Positions 57,931 through 64,000 of a DNA stretch of 64,000 nt are shown here, in pieces. The number at the start of each line of letters is the position of its first letter. Position 1 is the stretch's first letter. The translations under genes were made by a program, and so were the position numbers. The stretch lies in the NCBI GenBank assembly GCA_045651805.1, contig JAZRTB010000077.1, positions 2,855 through 66,854 on the forward strand. Direction: 5' to 3'. The DNA is from Clostridia bacterium. Lineage in GTDB: Bacteria; Bacillota; Clostridia; UMGS1883. The notes under the pieces are model-generated. The model made no database searches, had not been told where the DNA came from, and saw only the letters and a list, made by a program, of their open reading frames with translations.

Positions 57931-58983
57931 ATGAGTAAAATAAGATACGGATTTATAGGTTGCGGTGACTTTGCCGGTAAACACTTAAAAGATATGGAAA
58001 GAATTGAAAATATCGAGGTTGTTGCACTTGCTGATTTACATATTGAAAACTGTGAAGCAACTAAGAAAAGGTTCAATCTTGTAAATGCAAAATGCTATGA
58101 CGATTATAATGAAATGCTTGCCAAAGAAGATATTGATGTTGTAACCGTTGTGACAAGTGACCGTGCGCATAAGGATGCAACAGTTGCTTCTCTCCGTGCA
58201 GGGAAGCACGTTGTATGCGAAAAGCCTATGTCGCTTTTTGTTGAGGATTGTGTCGAAATGGTAAATACGGCTGACGAAACAGGTAATCATCTTCTTGTAG
58301 GTCAGGTTTGCCGTTATTGTCCCACTTTTGCAAAGGCAAAAGACCTTCTTGATAAGGGCGTAATCGGTGAGCTTTACTATGTTGAAAGCGAATATGCTCA
58401 CGATTACGAAGGTCTTGAAGGTGTTGACGGATGGAGAACAGACCCTGAGCGTGAGCCTATTATCGGTGGGGCATGTCACGCAATCGACCTTCTTCGTTGG
58501 TATGCAGGCAATCCTATCGAAACAACTGCATATTCAAATCACAAAAATCTTAAGGACTGGCCTATTAACGATACAACCATCGCCATTTTTAAGTTCCCCG
58601 ATAATGTAATAGGTAAAGTTTTCACATCAAACGGTTGTAAGCGTGGCTATACAATGCGTACCCTCCTTTACGGTACTAAGGGCACAATTATAGTTGATAA
58701 CAGAACTCCCGAAATAACGATTTTCCTTGATAAAATTGAAGGTATGCCTTTTGCCGCAGGTCAGCTTGACGGTGTAAGTGAAAAAACAATCAAGCACGTC
58801 ATTCCTGCGGATTGCACAAATCACAACGTATACGAAGAACACAAAGCTATGATAGCTGCAATTACCGAGAATAAGCCTTTTGTAACAACAGGCAGAGAAG
58901 GTGCACGCACAGTATGTGTTTGCCGTGCCGTTGTTGAATCTGCAAAGACAGGTAAGCCCGTAGTTATCGAATATCCCGTTTAA
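57931..58983 (+). CDS. Gfo/Idh/MocA family oxidoreductase
   Basis: GFIGCGDFA, CEKP, EYAHDY, CHAIDL. Confidence 0.93.
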   Translation: MSKIRYGFIGCGDFAGKHLKDMERIENIEVVALADLHIENCEATKKRFNLVNAKCYDDYNEMLAKEDIDVVTVVTSDRAHKDATVASLRAGKHVVCEKPMSLFVEDCVEMVNTADETGNHLLVGQVCRYCPTFAKAKDLLDKGVIGELYYVESEYAHDYEGLEGVDGWRTDPEREPIIGGACHAIDLLRWYAGNPIETTAYSNHKNLKDWPINDTTIAIFKFPDNVIGKVFTSNGCKRGYTMRTLLYGTKGTIIVDNRTPEITIFLDKIEGMPFAAGQLDGVSEKTIKHVIPADCTNHNVYEEHKAMIAAITENKPFVTTGREGARTVCVCRAVVESAKTGKPVVIEYPV

Positions 58984-58986
58984 TAG

Positions 58987-60249
58987 ATGGTGGATTATAT
59001 GGACCTTAAGAATATAATTAACAGCAGAAAAGACGAGCTTTTTTCAATCCTTTCAAGCCTTATAAAGATTGATTCTCAAAGTAACGGAAAAGACGGCAAG
59101 GAAAGGGAAATAGCATTTTTCATAGCTGACTATTTTAAAAATATGGGCTTTGAGGCGGATATATATTCGCCTCTTGACATTCCTGGATTGAAAGAGCACC
59201 CCGATTATTGGAAACATCACAACCTTGAAGAAAGATATAATGTCAGTGTGCTTATTCCGGGGAAAGACCATTCACGCCGTCTTATGCTTGCCGCACACAG
59301 CGATACGGTAGAAGTAGGGAATATGGGAAACTGGTCTGTTAATCCCTTTGGTGGCGAAATAAAAGACGGTAAAATATGGGGCAGAGGTGCTTGCGACGAT
59401 AAATACGGTATTGCGACGGTAATGTTTCTTGTAAAAATTTTCCGTGACGAAATTATTGAATTTCCCGTGGATTTGGTTTTCACTGCATATTGTAATGAGG
59501 AATACGGAGGAAGTCACGGGGCACTTGCCGCATGTCTTAAATACCCTTGTGATGAAATAATAAATCTTGATTGCAAAAACTTTGAAATCTGGACTTGTGC
59601 TATCGGCGGCGGTGAAATGAAACTTCACATAAAGTCAAAAACTCCCGTTGATGATTGTGAGATTATGCATCAGGGGCTTGGGATGGTAATTGAAGAATTC
59701 AGAGAATTCCGCAAAAGAAGAGAGACAGAGCTTCTCGCTGAAGAAGAATACAAACATTCTTCCTTTGTGAATGAATGTGTAAAATTCCTTGAAATAAGGG
59801 CAGGAAATCAGGGGGCAGACCTTGACCGGGCACACGTTGAAGTTTGCTACTATGCTACATCTTCCGAGGATGTTATCAACCGTGAATTCGAGAAAATGAC
59901 AGAAAGCCTTAATAAAAAACTGGATTCTATCAATCTTGAAGTTGACAGAATTGAAAAAACAACGCGGTTTTTCCGTTTTGAGAAGACAGAAAAGGATAAC
60001 CCTGCGATGAAAGCACTTATCGATGCCGCAAAAGTATCAACAGGAAGAACACTTGTTCCCATAGGTGCCTGCCAGTCAGATTTGTCTATGTTCTTAAAAT
60101 ACGGAAGTAAGAAAGCTTTCGCTTTTGGCATAGGAAGACCTTTCGGCGAATATGGTGGAGCACATCAGGCAGATGAATATATTGAATGCGATGCTTTACT
60201 TGAATTTGCAAATATTTTATCTCAATTTCTGGCGGTTGAGTTAAATTAA
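58987..60249 (+). CDS. M20 family (ArgE/DapE-like) amidohydrolase; start may be ATG 58999
   Basis: AHSDTV, GRGACDDK, NEEYGG, AHQADEYI. Confidence 0.92.
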   Translation: MVDYMDLKNIINSRKDELFSILSSLIKIDSQSNGKDGKEREIAFFIADYFKNMGFEADIYSPLDIPGLKEHPDYWKHHNLEERYNVSVLIPGKDHSRRLMLAAHSDTVEVGNMGNWSVNPFGGEIKDGKIWGRGACDDKYGIATVMFLVKIFRDEIIEFPVDLVFTAYCNEEYGGSHGALAACLKYPCDEIINLDCKNFEIWTCAIGGGEMKLHIKSKTPVDDCEIMHQGLGMVIEEFREFRKRRETELLAEEEYKHSSFVNECVKFLEIRAGNQGADLDRAHVEVCYYATSSEDVINREFEKMTESLNKKLDSINLEVDRIEKTTRFFRFEKTEKDNPAMKALIDAAKVSTGRTLVPIGACQSDLSMFLKYGSKKAFAFGIGRPFGEYGGAHQADEYIECDALLEFANILSQFLAVELN

Positions 60250-60368
60250 CTGCTAAAAAGTCAAAATTTTAATGTTTTTAACTTTTTAGGACAAAAAAAT
60301 AAAGGAAAAAGAGAAAAAAGTGTAGTAAACTTTTAATGATTGAATATGCCGATAAAAGAAAATTTTTG

Positions 60369-60398
60369 TTGGCATATTTGGTTATTTTATGGTACAAT
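60369..60398 (+). promoter_or_regulatory. Probable promoter, overlapped by an inverted repeat (AATATGCC...GGCATATT, 60343-60378)
   Basis: TTGGCA...extended TG-TACAAT upstream of 60444. Confidence 0.45.
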
Positions 60399-60443
60399 AA
60401 ATTTAACGGATAGAAATTATTCACAATAAGGAGATGTAGGAAA

Positions 60444-62003
60444 ATGATGAATGTGAAACGTATTTGCTTGTTGATGCTTGCCGTAATATTTATGTTCGGC
60501 AACTTCGCTATGGCGGCAGATGAGAGAATTACGTTCGGAGAAGTAATTATAGAGTCTGTTGACGGTACTACTTCTGTTGAAATAGAACTTCTTTCAAAAC
60601 CGGAAGGAAAGAGTGCGGTACTTATCGCTACTTATACTGACCCCGATTCGGGAAAAATTCTTTCAGTCGGTATCAATCCCTGTAGTGATGTTTCTCTTCT
60701 TGATAGTGACAGTCTTTCTGTAACTCTTGACGACAAGACAGAAGAAGGTGGCGTTCTTTCATATAACGTATGGGACAGCCTCGGCGGAAATATGTCGCTT
60801 CTTAACAATTCGCCCACAGCTCCTGCAGAACTTATGGCGGCAAGCTCGGTTTCAGATGCAACAATCAGCTGGGTAGGTGCTCTTGATGACTATGATGCAA
60901 CCGATGCCCTTACATACAACATTTATGACGACGGTATGCTTGTTGCAGAAAATTGTGATTCTCTTGAATATACTGCAGAAAATCTTGCTGACGGAACTTT
61001 CTACAATTTTGAAGTTCGCGCAATGGATTCCGAAGGTAAGGAATCGGAAGTTGGCTCGGTAGGGGCAACTACTCATACAAAGAATGCTGCTCATACTTAC
61101 GATGAATATACACAGTCTCCCGACGGAAATGTTGTTTTCACAGGTACTCTTACGGAGCAGAACAGAAACTTCTACGTTACAAACGGTCACGAGAGTGGAC
61201 TTGACTGTTTCTGGTCAAGATACCGTGTTGTAAACGATGTTCAGAGTCAGGCGTACCTTACATACAGATTCTCTGACGACTATTTTGCACAGACAGAAGG
61301 TGCAACACATATTGCGTATGAGTTCACATATTTTGACGAAGGTACATCTGTGCTGTCTTTTGAAGCGTATGTTATGGGTTCAAACGGAAAAATGCAGGCA
61401 AGATATCTTGACATTCCAAAAACGGATACAAAATCATGGAGAACTGTCAGAAGAATTTATCCTCTTCGTGCAGGCGATTATTTTGCATATAATGACAACG
61501 TTGGTAACGGTGCTTATAACTTCAGAATAAGCTGCGCCGACTGGAAGACAACCGGTATTAAAGTCCGTGATTTCAAAGCATATCCCATTTTTGATGAGGC
61601 AGGAAAAACCGATGAGTACTATACCCTCAAAAAGAATGCAGGTTCATACTTTACTGCAGACGGTGGTACAGTTATCTGTGACCTTACATCAAATATGGCA
61701 GGTTTAGATGTTGAAGAATTTGGCGACCGTACAGGAATAAGTCTTTCTTCAGTAAATAATGAAGCAACATTTAAGGTAACAAATTCCGAGCTTATGGCAG
61801 GAAATGTAAAGATTATTATTACATACTACGCTCCGGATGATGAAACAACAATAACACTTAACGGTGAAGAAAAGACCGTTACAGCAGGCGGAAAATGGCA
61901 GAAGATGACCTTTGATGCAGAGAACATCGGAAGCGGTACGAAAACAATTACTTCAAATAAAGATATAGCAATCAATGCTATTAGGGTAATTGCCGCTGAC
62001 TAA
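60444..62003 (+). CDS. Secreted protein: N-terminal shared module, FN3 domain, two CBM-like beta-sandwiches
   Basis: Signal peptide AMA-A; PTAP..ISW..DD..YNIY..YTAENL..YNFEVRAMDSEGKES; YFDEGT..TKSWRT..YNFRI. Confidence 0.82.
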   Translation: MMNVKRICLLMLAVIFMFGNFAMAADERITFGEVIIESVDGTTSVEIELLSKPEGKSAVLIATYTDPDSGKILSVGINPCSDVSLLDSDSLSVTLDDKTEEGGVLSYNVWDSLGGNMSLLNNSPTAPAELMAASSVSDATISWVGALDDYDATDALTYNIYDDGMLVAENCDSLEYTAENLADGTFYNFEVRAMDSEGKESEVGSVGATTHTKNAAHTYDEYTQSPDGNVVFTGTLTEQNRNFYVTNGHESGLDCFWSRYRVVNDVQSQAYLTYRFSDDYFAQTEGATHIAYEFTYFDEGTSVLSFEAYVMGSNGKMQARYLDIPKTDTKSWRTVRRIYPLRAGDYFAYNDNVGNGAYNFRISCADWKTTGIKVRDFKAYPIFDEAGKTDEYYTLKKNAGSYFTADGGTVICDLTSNMAGLDVEEFGDRTGISLSSVNNEATFKVTNSELMAGNVKIIITYYAPDDETTITLNGEEKTVTAGGKWQKMTFDAENIGSGTKTITSNKDIAINAIRVIAAD

Positions 62004-62016
62004 TTGGAGGTAGACT

Positions 62017-64000
62017 ATGAAAAGGAAAAGAATTGGATTATTATCCTTCGCCTTTATTTTAATAATGTCTGTCCTTTTCGCGGTAAATGCTTTTGCGGCA
62101 TCCAATGACGATTATGCATCAATGAGTATTGCCGTAACAGAGCCCGACGCTCCGAACCCCGAAAATGCTTCTATCATTTTCTCGGCACAGCCTCAAATGG
62201 ACAAGATGACGTATCTAGGCTCCGAGAATGAGGGCAGATATACGGAGCTTTACAACGAGCCTGTTGTGTGGAATGACATTGAAGCACGTCAGGTGTATGT
62301 TGAAAACTTTCTGTATTTCAAGCTTGACGAAAGCTTTGCAGGAAAAGACGACAACGTTTTTGAAATAATCCTTGATTACTGGGATTATGGCGGCGGCGGA
62401 TATTTCTATGTTGAATATATACCCCGCGGATCAAGCTCAACCAAGTCGGAAAGAGTTTATAAGCTCGGTCTTGACGAAAATAATGTTAAAACAGCAGGTA
62501 CATGGTTCCGCGTAAGAATTCATATTGACGATGCGGAATTTACAGGAAAATTTGCTAACGGTGCGGATTTCAGAATCCGTTCAGGTGCGTACAACTCATT
62601 TTCGAAGGTAGAGGTGCGAAACATCAGCCGCACTGTCGGTGAAAATGAAAAATTAGGTACATTCAACATCAAAAAGGCAAATTCCCTTCACACCCTCGGT
62701 GTGTTTGACGGTTTTGGCGATGGGGAAGAATTCGACCCCTGCCTTGACAAAGAGCTCACAAAGGAAGAGGCGCTTGTACAGCTTATAAAAAGCTACCGAA
62801 TGGAGGACGAGGCACTTTCCGAAAATCTGAAATCAGGCTTTAGCGACGTAAGCCCCGAGGCGGAGCCTTATGTGGCGATGGCGCTTAAGCTTGGAATTAT
62901 AGAAAGCGGAAGCACACTCGGTGCGAAAGATTATTTTACGCAGAAGGAGCTTATAGAGTGGTATCTTAAGCTTGTAGGCGAGGATATAACGGAAAATACC
63001 GACGTATATCAGCTTGCAAATGATAAAAAGCTTATTGGTGCAGGAAGTATGATTTTCCAACCCGATAAAAATGCAGACGCTGACGCGTTTGTACATCTGG
63101 CAATGAACTGCTTTTCTATGACAAATCCCAAGACGGGCTATTGTCCTTTCACTGATGGTATGGACAATGGTGAATATAATATGGAAACTCTTGCAAAAGC
63201 CAATGATGATAACATCTGGGATTGGCTGATGAGTTCGGAATTCAAGCTCCCCAAAAAGACTTACGTAGATAAATATACGGGAAGAACCTACTACACAGTT
63301 GATTTCTTCGGGCAGAACGCCATAAAGCCGTATTTCACAATGAACTGTATGTCTATGGATGAAACAAGGATATACTTCAATACAAGTGAGTATAAATGCT
63401 GGGAATACAATATAGAAACAGAAATGTGCAGATACATTGATCATTGTGCCAGCGAAAACGACTTTATGATAACTCCGCTTAACAATTTGTGGTATATAAA
63501 CAAATCCTACGAAATATGGAAGATGGACCTTGATACTCCGTATCCGTACGAAAAAACATATATAGGAAAACTTCCCGAATGGCAGAGAAGCTCGCCGTCG
63601 CTTTTGCAGGTAAATAATGACGAGTCAAAGTTAAGCGTGTGGTGGAATGACAATAAGGGTGATATTGACAACACTCTGATGACAAGATTACCCGTATTCG
63701 ACATAAAAACTGGTGAGTGGGACATCAGCCATTATTACGGATTTGATTTCCCCGTTTATGCACCTAACCACCCCTGCATAAACCCCAATCCCGAGTATGA
63801 CCACCTTTACTTCTTCGCACACGAAACACTTTCTTCAACCCTTGCATATTTTTACGAGGGAAGTCTTAATCCCGAACGTGTGTGGATAGCAAATCTTGAC
63901 ACAGATGAATATTTTAAAGCGGGAGAACAGAAGTGGTTCCGTTCACCTGACCCGAATAAGCCGGGCAGCGGATATGTAGGCGAACACGCAGGTCATGAGT
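62017..64000 (+). CDS. Secreted CBM-like + degenerate SLH + oligogalacturonate-lyase (PL22)-like beta-propeller; 3'-truncated, missing from the ORF track
   Basis: RBS GGAGG, ATG 62017, open for 661 codons to the window end (hand-translated): MKRKRIGLL..AFA, DYWDYG..NGADFRI, LTKEE..FSDV, YVDKYTG..PYFTMNC, NHPCINP..FAHE..RVW..GEHAGHE. Confidence 0.8.
   Translation, partial: MKRKRIGLLSFAFILIMSVLFAVNAFAASNDDYASMSIAVTEPDAPNPENASIIFSAQPQMDKMTYLGSENEGRYTELYNEPVVWNDIEARQVYVENFLYFKLDESFAGKDDNVFEIILDYWDYGGGGYFYVEYIPRGSSSTKSERVYKLGLDENNVKTAGTWFRVRIHIDDAEFTGKFANGADFRIRSGAYNSFSKVEVRNISRTVGENEKLGTFNIKKANSLHTLGVFDGFGDGEEFDPCLDKELTKEEALVQLIKSYRMEDEALSENLKSGFSDVSPEAEPYVAMALKLGIIESGSTLGAKDYFTQKELIEWYLKLVGEDITENTDVYQLANDKKLIGAGSMIFQPDKNADADAFVHLAMNCFSMTNPKTGYCPFTDGMDNGEYNMETLAKANDDNIWDWLMSSEFKLPKKTYVDKYTGRTYYTVDFFGQNAIKPYFTMNCMSMDETRIYFNTSEYKCWEYNIETEMCRYIDHCASENDFMITPLNNLWYINKSYEIWKMDLDTPYPYEKTYIGKLPEWQRSSPSLLQVNNDESKLSVWWNDNKGDIDNTLMTRLPVFDIKTGEWDISHYYGFDFPVYAPNHPCINPNPEYDHLYFFAHETLSSTLAYFYEGSLNPERVWIANLDTDEYFKAGEQKWFRSPDPNKPGSGYVGEHAGHE

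Noticed and set aside
427-63725. Numerous 60-220 aa antisense or off-frame ORFs in the track (e.g. 7605-8210, 34900-35565, 42086-42718, 44515-44982, 62833-63444)
   Set aside because: Nearly all lie within or overlap well-supported genes, lack RBS and motifs, and read as reverse-frame shadows. 62833-63444 is antisense to the unlisted 62017 gene.

Overview
AT-rich chromosomal segment of a spore-forming Clostridia-type Firmicute. The taxon is inferred from cotJABC, SLH domains, a dockerin and strong Shine-Dalgarno/sigmaA signals. About 42 genes, mostly on +. No rRNA, tRNA, CRISPR or mobile element was seen. Contents in order: an ABC-2 exporter with a GH5-like enzyme and two tandem SGNH esterases; a lipoprotein-MBOAT-DHHW O-acylation operon; GH20 plus a phosphoesterase, divergent from a Gfo/Idh/MocA x3 / frameshifted MBL / TIM-barrel isomerase operon; then about 43 kb of uronic-acid glycan catabolism interrupted only by cotJABC. 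That stretch holds two long GH105s, PL11-, PL26-, PL8- and PL22-like lyases, an unclassified GH-like protein, deacylases, two AraC regulators, three SLH proteins and four other large secreted non-SLH proteins. Best candidate for an undescribed system: these four non-SLH secreted proteins (36818, 40166, 51649, 60444) carry one shared module of about 75-95 aa that I cannot name. It is C-terminal in three and N-terminal in one. They sit beside a pair of non-catalytic SLH proteins, and two of them share a promoter motif with that pair, suggesting a non-cohesin surface docking/display system (inference). Also notable: a dockerin inserted inside a beta-propeller lyase, a circularly permuted beta-sandwich nested in an F5/8 domain, two AraC-type operator families readable from the DNA, and a secreted SLH-bearing PL22-like ORF (62017 to window end) absent from the ORF track. 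All family assignments come from motif recognition by eye, not database searches.
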